From Octopus sinensis (taxonomy: Eukaryota), in the NCBI RefSeq assembly GCF_006345805.1, contig NC_043020.1:23188001-23252000 (forward strand): DNA of 64,000 nucleotides. The letters run 5' to 3'. The position numbers and the translations under genes are program-made. The stretch's first letter is position 1; every line of letters begins with the position of its first letter. Positions 51,906 to 64,000 of the stretch are shown here, piece after piece. The notes below the pieces were generated by a model. That model made no database searches, was not told the DNA's origin, and was given only the letters and a program-made list of their open reading frames with translations.

Positions 51906-51972
<67 letters not shown>

Positions 51973-52115
51973 CATCATTATTATTATTGTTATTAGTATT
52001 ATTATTATTATTATTATCATTATTATTATTGTTATTATTATTATTATTATTATTAATATTATTGTTATTACTATTATTATTATTATTATTATTATAATTA
52101 TTATTATTGTTGTTG

Positions 52116-52159
<44 letters not shown>

Positions 52160-52204
52160 ATTATTGTTATTACTATTATTTTTATTATTATCATTATTAT
52201 TATG

Positions 52205-52240
<36 letters not shown>

Positions 52241-52411
52241 ATTATTGTTGTTACTATTATTATTATTATTATCATTATTATTATAATTATTATTATTATT
52301 ATTATTATTATTATCATTATTATTATTGTTATTATTATTATTATTATTATTAATATTATTGTTATTACTATTATTATTATTATTATCATTATTATTATGA
52401 TTATTATTATT
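51885..52411. repeat. (ATT)n microsatellite
   Basis: Seen directly. Confidence 0.95.
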
Positions 52412-53004
52412 CTATGTTTGACTTTTGCCTTATGTCTGTACAAGTTGGCTCCAAGTCTCACCCAAAGACCTCAAGAGACAACAGGTTGGAAGTTCTGTGC
52501 CATATATTGGGGGGGGGGGTTGTACTAGTGAGTGTCTAATACATAAAAAAAATAAAGAAATAAAGAAATAAAAAAAAGAAAAGAAAAGAAAAGAAAAAAA
52601 TTAAAATTAAAATTAAAATTTAAAAAAAATATATATATATATATAAAAATAAAAATAAAAGAATTTTGTTTTAAACCTTGGGATTACATAGCGAGTATTT
52701 TGCGTAGGATATGAGCAGTTCCCATGAGCACTATCTTTTGAATTTCTGCCATTTTGGGGTTTCCTGGTATCTGAGTTAGGTAGCAATCAGTCCCTTTCGC
52801 TATCATTCCCAGGGCACCTATGAAAACAGGTATTGTTTTAGTCTTCAGCTTCCACATTTTGCTGATTTCTATTTCAAGATCTTTATATTTGCTCAGTTTT
52901 TGGTAGGTCTTGACAGATACGTTTATATCGATTGGGACAGTCATATCAACGAGGAGGCATGTTCTTTGTCTGAAGTCTTTCAATATGATGTCTGGCCTAT
53001 TTGC
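52412..53004 (-). mobile_element. 5'-truncated R4/Dong-clade non-LTR element (restriction-like endonuclease + 3'UTR) in (TAA)n
   Basis: ANRPDIILKD...LVDMTVP...KLSKYKDL...IPVFIGALG (PD-D/ExK RLE domain); (AAT)n on both sides. Confidence 0.88.
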
Positions 53005-53032
53005 ATTATTATTATTATCATTATTAGTATCC

Positions 53033-53104
<72 letters not shown>

Positions 53105-53114
53105 ATTATTATTA

Positions 53115-53890
53115 AGGCGACGAGTTGTGGCAGAATCGTTAGCACACCGGGCGAAATGTTTAAAGATATTTGGTCTGCCACTACGTTTTGAGTTCAAATT
53201 CTACCGAGGTCGACTCTGCCTTTCAACCTTTCGGGGTTGATTAAATAAGTACCAGTTAGACACTGGTGTCGATGTAATCGACTTAATACATTTAGTCTGT
53301 CCTTCTTTGTCCTCTCTGTGTTTAGACCCTTGTGGGTAATAAAGAAATTGGTATTTCGCCCGTCGCTACGTTCTGTGTTCAAATTCCGCCGAGGTCGACT
53401 TTGCCTTTCATCCTTTCGGCGTCGATTCAATAAGTACCAGTTACGCACTGGGGTCGATATAATTGACTTAATCCGTTTGTCTGTCCTTGTTTGTCTCCCC
53501 TGTGTTTAGCCCCTTGTGGGTAGTAAAGAAATAGGTATTTCGCCTGTCTTTACGTTCTGAGTTCAAATTCCGCCGAGGTCGACTTTGCCTTTCATCCTTT
53601 CGTGGTCGATAAATTAAATACCAGTTACGCACTGGGGTCGATATAATCGACTTAATCCGTTTGTCTGTCCTTGTTTGTCCTCTCTGTGTTTAGCCCCTTG
53701 TGGGTAATAAAGAAATAGGTAGTTCGCCTTGCGCTACGTTATGAGTTCAAATTCCGCCGAGGTCGACTTTTTCTTTCATCCATCCGGCGGTTGATAAATT
53801 AAGTATTAGTTGCGTACTAGGGTCGATCTAATCGACTGGCCCTCTCTCCGCAAAATTTCGAGTTTTATACCTAGAGTATTAAAGAATATT
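53115..53890 (+). mobile_element. SINE-A nested array: three Tx1-tailed units plus a terminal native-tail unit
   Basis: Restarts at GGTA(T/G)TTCG at ~53350, ~53534 and ~53718. The last unit ends GATCTAATCGACTGGCCCTCTC...CTAGAGTA. Confidence 0.9.
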
Positions 53891-53974
53891 GGGTTTTGTA
53901 AGTTGATATTTACCTGGTATTATATATAGAATTAGCTACTTCGAGATCCACTATTATAAAAGTCATGTGTGCAT

Positions 53975-54010
<36 letters not shown>

Positions 54011-55160
54011 AAGAGAAGGGAAGAAAGATATAAAGAAAGAGGGAACGAAAGCAAGAAAGAAAGCGAGAGCGAGAGAGACAATTGTTGTTTGGTGCTGGAG
54101 ACATGAAGTGATAAAACCACGGATAAGTTTGGAAATTTTTCAACATCGCCGCACTGCCTTTTAGAGTGTTGCCTTGGGCATGTAATTCGCTTCAGAAAAT
54201 GCCGGGAGTAAAATACATTCGGAGACCTTAAGACGAACAGGCATTTCAATACATCAGTTGCAAGAAATGAAGTATCAATTCTCATGGTTTTCACCTTCGC
54301 TATACAAATGTACAAAAGGTGACTGTTCAGTCGAGGCCGAGAAGGACTAATACCTGTCCATTAAAAACATTGTCCACTCAGAAAAAGTTATATTATATAT
54401 TTGTGATTCTGTTGGTGATTTATGACCACAGGTTTTGATAAACATACATGTCTGCAGGCAGTGAATATCAAGATCCCTCTATTCGCTTCACTCGTGGTGC
54501 TTTTTCAAGGCGCTCTATTAAATTCTACATAAAAAAAAATGCTTGTATTTTCGAAAATAAAGACTCCTTCCTTTCATTGATGCTTCCATCGGTGGCGATG
54601 ACAAACATTGACTTCTCAAATGACATCCAATATGTCATATGCCCTCAACGAGAACTTTACACAATCTTTTACCTATACACCAATTTTCAGCTGTGTACGA
54701 TTTCGTAAAACAAGTTCGTCATATAATGTACTTACCTTCATGCATACAAACATACGTACATAGAGGTACACACATACATACCTACGTATATACATTACAT
54801 ATACAAGCAGGCATGGTTGTGTGCTAAAAAGCTTGCTTCTGAACCACAGGGTTCCAAGTTCAGCCCTACTGTGTGGCACCTTGCACGGACGTCCCCTACT
54901 GTAGACCCGGGCCGACAAAATGTTCGTGAGCGGATTTTGTCAAAAAGAAAATGAAGCGTAGCCCCTTGTATACAAAATGTATTTCAAAATGTGACCTCGT
55001 GTGTACCGTTGGCGATTTTTTTCCTCTGTCTTCCCTTCTCTGGATCTTTCCTTCTCTTATGTTTCCGACGAAGAGCTCCGTCTTTCCTTCTTTCCTGAGC
55101 GTCCAATAATACTATATTTGTTCCACATCCTCGCGTTGTTGCCTTTTTGTTTGTGCTTTC

Positions 55161-55201
<41 letters not shown>

Positions 55202-55561
55202 TTAGGGAGTAAATCCAAACTTACAGGGAAAAATTAGATTTAGGATTAAATCTAACTTTACAGTATATATATATTAAATTAGAGATAAAACCACTGTTAG
55301 GCAAATCAAACAGTGAAAAACATAAACTAAAAAATAGAAATAGAGTTAATTAATATAATATACAGAATATATAAAATATAAAATTCAAATTTAAATTATT
55401 TAAATTTAAAGTTAAAAATTAAAAAACAAATTTTTATTATTAATTCATACTTATAATTTTTTTTATATATATGTATAAATATTTTTCAGTATTTTTATTT
55501 TTATTTATATTTTTAATTTTATTTTTTATTTATTTAATTATATATTTATATATTTATACAT

Positions 55562-55611
<50 letters not shown>

Positions 55612-56042
55612 GAACAAATTACATGAACATATATAAACAGAAGATACAAATATTACAGGCATCCCCCACATACACACCTAAATACATAAACGCACATAGA
55701 TATAAGCATGCGCAAATGAAGACATACAATAGAAACACAAAATGGCTGACGGTTAGTAAGGAGAGACAACATAATAAGAAGAAAACAAAGGACCACTGAT
55801 GCGGTCACAGGAGTGTGACGAAAGAACTCTGGCCGAAATAAGATTAAGATTAATGTAAAAAATAAATAACACTGAAGCAAAGTAACACCAAATATATAGT
55901 GCGTGTGTTTTTATTGGCTAAACTGGCAAAATGACCATTCCTAAATACAACAATATCTGTTTCAACACACGACTTCACATAAAAAATCTTGCACAACAAA
56001 TATTTAAACGTATATATATATATACATATACACTTATATATA

Positions 56043-56470
56043 CATACGACGGGAAGTCAAAAGATTATCTGCACTTTCATCGTACTTTACCTTTATCATT
56101 ATCAACCAACCTTCTGTTCATGCGTGCTTACAGTTGGTAATATTTTAGTTACGTGATCGAAGTCTGAGCCTGATCGCGCCATTTTCCTTTCTGGTTTTAC
56201 AGTGTATATATGGCCGCTCCGCTAGCGATGTGCAACAAAGAAGAACAAAATTCCGTAATCTCTGGAAAAGTGATGTACGAGCAACAATGTAAGATACAGT
56301 GCTTTGCTGGCCAACAAACTGAAGCCAGTATTTCGTTCCAAACGCCGAAACCTATTGTCTTTGATGTTGCTACATGACAATGCACAACCCAACACGGTCG
56401 CCCGGACTGTTGAAACCATTAACCAAACAGGTTTTGAGGTGCTGGAACAATTTGTCTATAGCCCAGATCT
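56043..56470 (+). mobile_element. Mariner transposase relic
   Basis: LLHDNAQPNTVARTVETINQTGFEVLEQFVYSPDL (HDNA and YSPDL motifs). Confidence 0.8.
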
Positions 56471-57097
56471 ATATATATACTAAATGGATAACCTAAAAAT
56501 ACCTATATGTTCAGCATACCAAACGAAAGGATGTTTTGCATTTTTTGAGAGCCAAGAAATATAAAATCTATTTCTTGCGAGATACTCACTTTTGAAAGAA
56601 AAATAAACTCTTATTAGAAGTGAACGGGGCGCTGAGACAGCATTTAATAGTAATAACGGACAGTCAAGGGGAGTTGCTGTCTTATTTTCTAATAATATTG
56701 ATTATAAGTTACATGACAGTTTCAGAGATGGTAAAGGCAATCTCCTGATGTTAAGTATTGCTATTTGTGAGAGAAGGATAACTTTAGTTAACTTATGTGG
56801 GTGCAAATGCAGAAGAACCGCAGTTTTAAGTTATAGCGATGGATAAAACCAAGACCTTTGGAAACTCCCATTGTATTATACTCTTTACTCTCGTTTACTC
56901 TTTTACCTGTTTCAGTCATTTGACTGCGGCCATGCTGGAGCACCGCCTTTAATCGAGCAACTCTACCCCGGGACTTATTCTTTTGTAAGCCTAGTACTTA
57001 TTCTGCCGAACCGCTAGGTAACGGGGACATTAACACACCAGCATCGGTTGTCAAGCAATGCTACGGGGACAAACACAGACACACAAACACACACACG

Positions 57098-57155
<58 letters not shown>

Positions 57156-57339
57156 TACGACGGGCTTCTTTCAGTTCCGTCTACCAAATCCACTCACAAG
57201 GCTTTGGTCGGCCCTAGGCTATAGTAGAAGACACGGAACCATGTGGTTGGTAAACAAGCTACTTACCACACAGCCACTCCTAAGCCTATAGCAGAGAATT
57301 TTAATCTTTGTCTGCAGTAGTCTTTAGACACTTCCAATT

Positions 57340-57793
57340 ATCAACATATAAACAATCCTAACGCTGGAAAGCAAACGATCAATATGATTGGAGACCTCGA
57401 CATTGTAGATGTTTGGAGAGATCATAACTCTGAAATACAAGGTTATACATAGACACGTTCAAAACCGATTAGACAAGCGAGGCGAGATTTCCTTCTGGTG
57501 ACACATAATTTGTATTCATTTATTTGCCAGTCTTCTATAAAAGTTGGGTACAGATCAGATCACTTTCTTGTAGACATGAAAATAAAAGTTTCCAAGAAAG
57601 ACGTACATAGGCGCAGGAGTGGCTGTGTGGTAAGTAGCTTGTTTACCAACCACATGGTTCCGGGTTCAGTCCCACTGCGTGGCACCTTGGGCAAGTGTCT
57701 TCTACTATAGCCTCGGGCTGACCAAAGCCTTGTGATTGGATTTGGTAGACGGAAACTGAAAGAAGCCCGTCGTATACATATATATATATATTA

Positions 57794-57873
<80 letters not shown>

Positions 57874-59360
57874 GTGTGTGTGTGTGTTGTGTGCTGTGTT
57901 TGTCCCCCCAACATCGCTTGACAACCGATGCTGGTATGTTTACGTCCCCGTTAATTAGCGGTTCGGCAAAAGAACCCGATAGAATAAGTACTATGCTTAC
58001 AAAGAATAAGTCCTGGGGTCGATTTGCTCGACTAAAAGACGGTGCTCCAACATGGCCAAAGTCAAATGACTGAAACAAATAAAAGAGCAAGTAAAAGAGT
58101 ATATTAGAGATTTAATAACTCCTTTTAAGAGATCCAAGGGAACCATTAGTAGTGTTGTCAAGCAAATATGCCTCATCTTTGGAACCTGATAGAGATATTA
58201 GTACAGTTAATAATCCTGAGATTGAATCTATTGTAGTAATCATTTGTTTTTGGAAACTCTAGCAATGGAAATTAGAAGAAAATCTATTTCATATCCTTCA
58301 TTCTCGAAAAAGTCTAGAATAAAAACCGAACAAGATCTACCAGATGATATTAAGCGACTGGAAACCAATTTTGTAGAAATCAAGAAAGTGGAGGAAAAAA
58401 GAGAATAATTAGAAGAGATTCGTAAAGTATAATTAGAAGAGATTCGCCCAAGGATCAAGTGGATAAATGAAGGGGAGAAGTTTAGCCGTTATTTTTGCAA
58501 TTGAGAAAATATGAATTCTGTAAGCAAATGCAGGGCCCACTTAGTGTTAGACAATGGATCGACTGTAGAAAATATAAAGGATATTGTTCTTGAAGTTACT
58601 ATCTTTTTACGAAAGATTTTCCTCCAAGGAGCATGTGCGGAAAGATTGTGACCATAACGAAGCAAGGTTAAAGATAAACAAACCTATTTCTTTCCAACAA
58701 TTAGATAATACAGATACCCGAAGGCTCATGTCTGTTAAGAAAAGTGAAAGCGGTATCACTATGTCTTAAGTACAGTTGATGTTCGTTTAAAATTCAAACA
58801 TAAATGGGAAGAGTGTATGCTTTCTGAACTGAAATGAGAAAAAGTATTTGTACTACGTGTAAAGACGGCAACGGAAACTAAACTGCGGTGGTTTCTCAGT
58901 CCAGAATTATACATATGTTAACAACTAATTCTCTCCTATATAAGATCGGATTAGCCTAAAGCAATCTGTACACATTTTGTCGACGTGAAGAAGAGACAAT
59001 ATCACGCCTAATTTGCTATTGTGAACACGCAGAAGTCTTTTGGAAATGCTTCCTACACCTGCCACTTGAAAAATGCCTACGTGTTCGCAACATAATCTTT
59101 GACCTACAGCATATTATGTTCGGGTGAAGAAAGAATACATATAGAGCTGATATTCTTGACCTGCTAATATTAATAGTAAAACTTTTTCTCTATAAAAGCA
59201 AAGAATCAAAAACCACTCTTAGCCTCAAACATTTTAGACACTTTGTTCAGGACAGGTAACTTATTTAAAAGTCTATATATATAGCTTACAATAAAAGTAA
59301 GCAAGATGAGTTTTATAAAATTTTGATGCTCTACCGTCGGCCTGCACATGTGAAGTAATC
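57340..59360 (+). pseudogene. Old, internally deleted L1/Tx1-group ORF2 relic interrupted by SINE-B
   Basis: DIVDVWRDHN...YRSDH (APE end), WINEGEKFSRYFCN, MLTTNSLLYKIG...FCRREEETI (C-terminal Zn region); many stop codons. Confidence 0.7.
57608..58100 (+). mobile_element. Full-length SINE-B
   Basis: AGGCGCAGGAGTGGCTGTGTGGTAAGTAGCTTG...GTAAAAGAG tail. Confidence 0.9.
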
Positions 59361-59590
59361 TTCTATTGTTGCTTCTTCAGGAGCCACAAGACCATACTAA
59401 AACTACATTAAAATTTCATGAGTGATTGGCGAGTGAATGTATGTAGTAGTGTGTAGTCGTTCTTTATTCAAATTTATTTCATTCTTTCTCTTTTTTTCGC
59501 TTATTTAAGAAAACAGTCCTGTTCTCCACCTATTTCTATACAAGACTTCACAGTCCCTTGGCTGTGCTGTCCTCAGTTACAACAGGGATA

Positions 59591-60350
59591 AAGGCGGCGA
59601 GCTGGCAGAAACGTTAGCACGCCGGGCGAAATGCGTAGCCGTATATCGTCTGCCGTTACGTCCTGAGTTCAAATTCGACATTGGCTTTCATCCTTTCGGG
59701 GTCGATAAATTAAGTACCAGTTTCTCACTGGGGTCGATATAATCGACTTAATCCGTTTGTCTGTCTTTGTTTGTCTCCTCTATGTTTAGCCCCTTGTGGG
59801 TAGTAAAGAAATAGGTATTTCGTCTGTCGTTACGTTCTGAGTTCAAATTCTGCCGAGGTTGACTTTGCCTTTCATCCTTTCGAGGTCGATAAATTAAGTA
59901 CCATTTACGCACTGGGGTCGATGTAATCGACTTAATCCCTTTCCCTGTCCTTGTTTGTGCCTTCTATGTTTAGCCCCTTGTGGGTAGTAAAGAAATAGGT
60001 ATTTCGTCTGTCGTTACGTTCTGAGTTCAAATTCTGCCGAGGTTGACTTTGCCTTTCATCCTTTCGAGGTCGATAAATTAAGTACCATTTACGCACTGGG
60101 GTCGATGTAATCGACTTAATCCCTTTCCCTGTCCTTGTTTGTGCCTTCTATGTTTAGCCCCTTGTGGACAATAAAGAAATAAGAAACTTTAGCACGCCGG
60201 GCAAAATGCATAGTGGTTTTTCGTCTGTCTTTATGTTCTGAGTTCAAATTGCCCCGAGGTCGACTTTGCCTTTCGGAGGCGATGAATTAAGTACCAATTG
60301 CGTACTTGGGTCGATCTAACCGACTGATCCGTTTCCCCAAAAGTTTCGGA
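59591..60350 (+). mobile_element. SINE-A nested array: three Tx1-tailed units plus a terminal native-tail unit
   Basis: Restarts at 59814 and 59997 (GGTATTTCG; two near-identical 183-bp units) and at ~60181 (AGAAACTTTAGCACG). Confidence 0.9.
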
Positions 60351-60668
60351 AAAATACGGTTGAAATCTGAATTATTTTTAATTAAGAAATCAATGTTCAG
60401 TTATTAAGGGAAAAGGTGGAAATAACATATACACGCAGAAAGTAAAATACGCAGATACTTATGAGACCTGGGAATATGCATACTATTAAACCAATTTGAA
60501 TCACAGAAATACAAATAATGAAATGATTAGTCCCATGCGATTTAATTAATCGGAGAGTATAAGAAATTTAAAATAGAGAATAATCTGTGAAATGGGAACA
60601 CCAGCTTCAATGCTTAGCACAGCATGTTAACTAAACGGAATTTTTACAAAAACCTTCATGGATGATAG

Positions 60669-60713
<45 letters not shown>

Positions 60714-61789
60714 TATATATATAACGTGGTGTCTAGGGAAAGTCATGTGCCAAAATATTAAGTCGTACACTGGTTCGATTCCCCCATTTATTAAATATGC
60801 AATATTTTAAAAAATCAAAGCTTTTTCGTTGGTTTATTAAAACCTTCTCAGTGGCTCAGGCGATAGTCGATATTCGAAGGAACCTTGACAAAAAATAAAA
60901 AAAATAATAAGATTATAATGAGAGCAACATCAACACCCTCCGATTGCTGGTTACCCGAGCACATTGTTCTTTATAAGCACCATATTTGAAGCAACAAACC
61001 TCTTACATAGTTCAAAATACCTCATCAATGAGGTAATAAACATCTTACATTTACAACACAAAAGCCATTATGAGGCAGTAAACCTCTTACACAAGTCAAT
61101 TATAAAATCAATGAAACGATACAAATGAGGTACCAAGCCGCTTACTTTAATTAGTTACAAATCTCCAAGCCCAACCAGGCTTCTCGCCTTGGTCAAACAT
61201 CTGGACGGTGTCAAGTCGGGTCACTTTAATACAAAATTAAAAGTGGCCGCAGGGAAGGGGTTCATTATCCTGCACAGATCCGATTCCCATATGACCTCCG
61301 CAGCCACCTGCGAAGGCCAGTCAGTGACCTCCGTGCAGGACAGAATCCCCTCCCTTCGGCCCTTCTTTTTAAGCTTCTTAACAACACCCTCCAATGTCGC
61401 TCCCTTATAGAAGAGGACCACAAATTCCTACTCCATATCATGGGACGGGTCTACAGTTACCACCTTCGATGGCACAATTCCCACCGAAGGTTTGGAAACA
61501 AGCTTCTTACCATACAGCCATGATTGCACTTGTCAAAATATATATTTATTTAAATATATATATATAAATGTAAATGAAGTCTTCTCTCTCTCTCTCTCCT
61601 TACACCGTATTTTTGCCGAGTAATGCTGTTCAATGTGCCGGCGGCATTTGTTCAAGTTACCGTGTTTCAAGCTTGCCTAATCTATGGTTTGTCTCTCTTA
61701 TGAAACAAGTCTACTTTGCATATGGCATAATTACCGATTGATGTGGTACATGTTTACTGACATACATACATTCACCCCCACCACACACA

Positions 61790-61792
61790 CAA

Positions 61793-61867
<75 letters not shown>

Positions 61868-62124
61868 ATGTGTACATAAATATATGTATGTTTATACACA
61901 CACATATATATACTGTATATATATATATAAATATATAGATAAATATATATACATACATATATGTGTGTATGAAATAATGATAATAATGAAATTATTGTAT
62001 ACAGTGCTCATATGCAATATGTATATGTATATAGGTGAATATATGCATATATATATATATAAATATAAATATGTATGTATATATATATATATACATATAT
62101 ATTATGTATAATATACATATATAC

Positions 62125-62155
<31 letters not shown>

Positions 62156-62428
62156 TATATATATTTATATACATACATATATATATATATGATATACATA
62201 ATAAATAAATAATATATATTTTATATTATATTATATATATGTATGTATATATCTATATATATACACACATACTTATGTATATATATACATATATATAAAA
62301 TATTTATATACATACATATATATATAGCATAATATAATATAAATAAATATATATATATATTATTTATATTATATATATGTATACAAATCTATCTATCTAT
62401 ATATATATGTATATGCATACATGAAGTA

Positions 62429-62474
<46 letters not shown>

Positions 62475-62490
62475 TATATTCACCTATATA
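61790..62490. repeat. (CA)n/(TA)n low-complexity tract
   Basis: Seen directly. Confidence 0.95.
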
Positions 62491-62988
62491 CTTATGCATA
62501 CACACATACCCACATGCACAAATATATTAAAAATATGCTAAAAGGACATTCGATAAAGACAAGAGAAAGTTATACTGTATAAGATTATGTCGGCTGATAT
62601 ATAAATTTTGTTGTTTTTTGCTGAAAATGGAACACTAAAAGTAAACGGTTGTTATTTGCTGTTTTCAATTTGATAGAGATAATAGTTTGTGTGGATAGGT
62701 GTAGGAGGAGGAAGGTGGAAGATTTGGAAGATGAGGAGGAGGAGGAGGAAGAAGAAGAAAGCAGCGGAAAGAATTGGTTGGTGTGTGTGGGGTGTAGTGT
62801 CGCGGAAGAAGTTCAAAGTAAAAGGAGACAAAGAGAGAAAAACCGTCTCGAAGAGAAAATTTGAGAGGAAATGAGAAGGGGGAAGGAAATGGAATACGGG
62901 GAAAGGTAAATAAGAGAAAACAGACAGAGAGACTGACAGACACATAGATAGAACTATTGAGACAGATGGGTAGATAGATAGATAGGTA

Positions 62989-63045
<57 letters not shown>

Positions 63046-63451
63046 ATATATGTATGTATGGGAAATCTTTATGAAAATAGACAAAAGACGAAGGCAAGTT
63101 TACGGAAATAAACAAAAGACGAAGGCAGGTGGTATACAAACAAACAATTGTATTAGTATGGCGCTCAGGAATAAATAAAAACAAAAGTCTTTAACGTTTC
63201 GAGCCTACGCTCTTCAACAGAAAATAGACAGAGAAGAAACAGAGAAAGAAGGAAGAGAAAAAAATGCGTGCAGAGGCTAGCGAATCAACATGGCGACAAA
63301 CATATATGTATGTATGTATGTATGTATGCATGTATGTATGTATGTATGTATGTATGTATGTATGTATGTATGTATGTATGTAGTATTATTATTATTAGCA
63401 TTATTATTATTATTATAATTATTACTATTATTACTATTATTATTATTATTA

Positions 63452-63843
63452 TAGGCTGTGTGGTAAGTAGCTTGCTTACCAACCACATGGTTCCGGGTTC
63501 AGTCCCAATACATCTTGGCATCTTGGGCAAGTGTCTTCTGCTATAGCCCCGGGCCGACCAATGCCTTGTGAGTGGATTTGGTAGACGGAAACTGAAAGAA
63601 GCCTGTCGTATATATGTATATATATATATATGTATGTGTTTGTGTTTGTCCCCTCAGCATTGCTTGACAACCGATGCTGGTGTGTTTACGTCCCCGTCAC
63701 TTAGCGGTTCGGCAAAAGACACCGATAGAATAAGTACTGGGCTTACAAAGAATAAGTCCCGGGGTCGATTTGCTCGACTAAAGGCGGTGCTCCAGCATGG
63801 CTGCAGTCAAATGACTGAAACAAGTAAAAGAGTAAAAGAGAGA

Positions 63844-63845
<2 letters not shown>
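63452..63845 (+). mobile_element. SINE-B
   Basis: GGCTGTGTGGTAAGTAGCTTGCTTACC...AGTAAAAGAGTAAAAGAG. Confidence 0.9.
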
Positions 63846-63903
<58 letters not shown>

Positions 63904-64000
63904 GTTATTATTATTGAAATGCTTAGCAGTATTTCACCTGTCGCTACGATCTGAGTTCAAATTCAGCCGAGGTCATCTTTACCTTTCATCCTTACGGGAT

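Noticed and set aside
59591-60350. Regularly spaced repeats suggesting a CRISPR array or tRNA gene cluster
   Set aside because: Units are whole ~183-bp SINE bodies with no unique spacers and no complete cloverleaf; the context is eukaryotic.

Overview
Repeat-saturated eukaryotic (metazoan) DNA: AT-rich, dense in microsatellites, with a 100-N gap at 43582-43681. The SINE families and repeat landscape look like an octopus (coleoid cephalopod) genome; this is inference from memory, not a search result. No host gene is confidently identifiable, and most ORFs in the track are translated microsatellites. Contents: a near full-length but frameshifted Tx1/L1-clade LINE (34152-39529) plus four other Tx1/L1 relics; four tRNA-derived SINE families (called A-D here); several Penelope-like elements with GIY-YIG remnants, inverted pseudo-LTRs and hammerhead ribozyme motifs; an R4/Dong fragment in (AAT)n; mariner relics; Helitron-like ends; and MITEs. 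Three observations stand out. (1) An apparent Tx1/SINE system: Tx1 elements insert into the tRNA-like heads of SINEs, and a SINE-A subfamily carrying a Tx1-type 3' tail repeatedly lands at one site in SINE-A, building ~183-bp nested arrays. (2) A 423-bp TIR element with internal TTAGGG repeats is flanked by an ~89-bp target duplication. (3) A 360-bp hammerhead-bearing, retrozyme-like repeat forms a ~0.9-kb palindrome and has a compensatory U3-A8 core.
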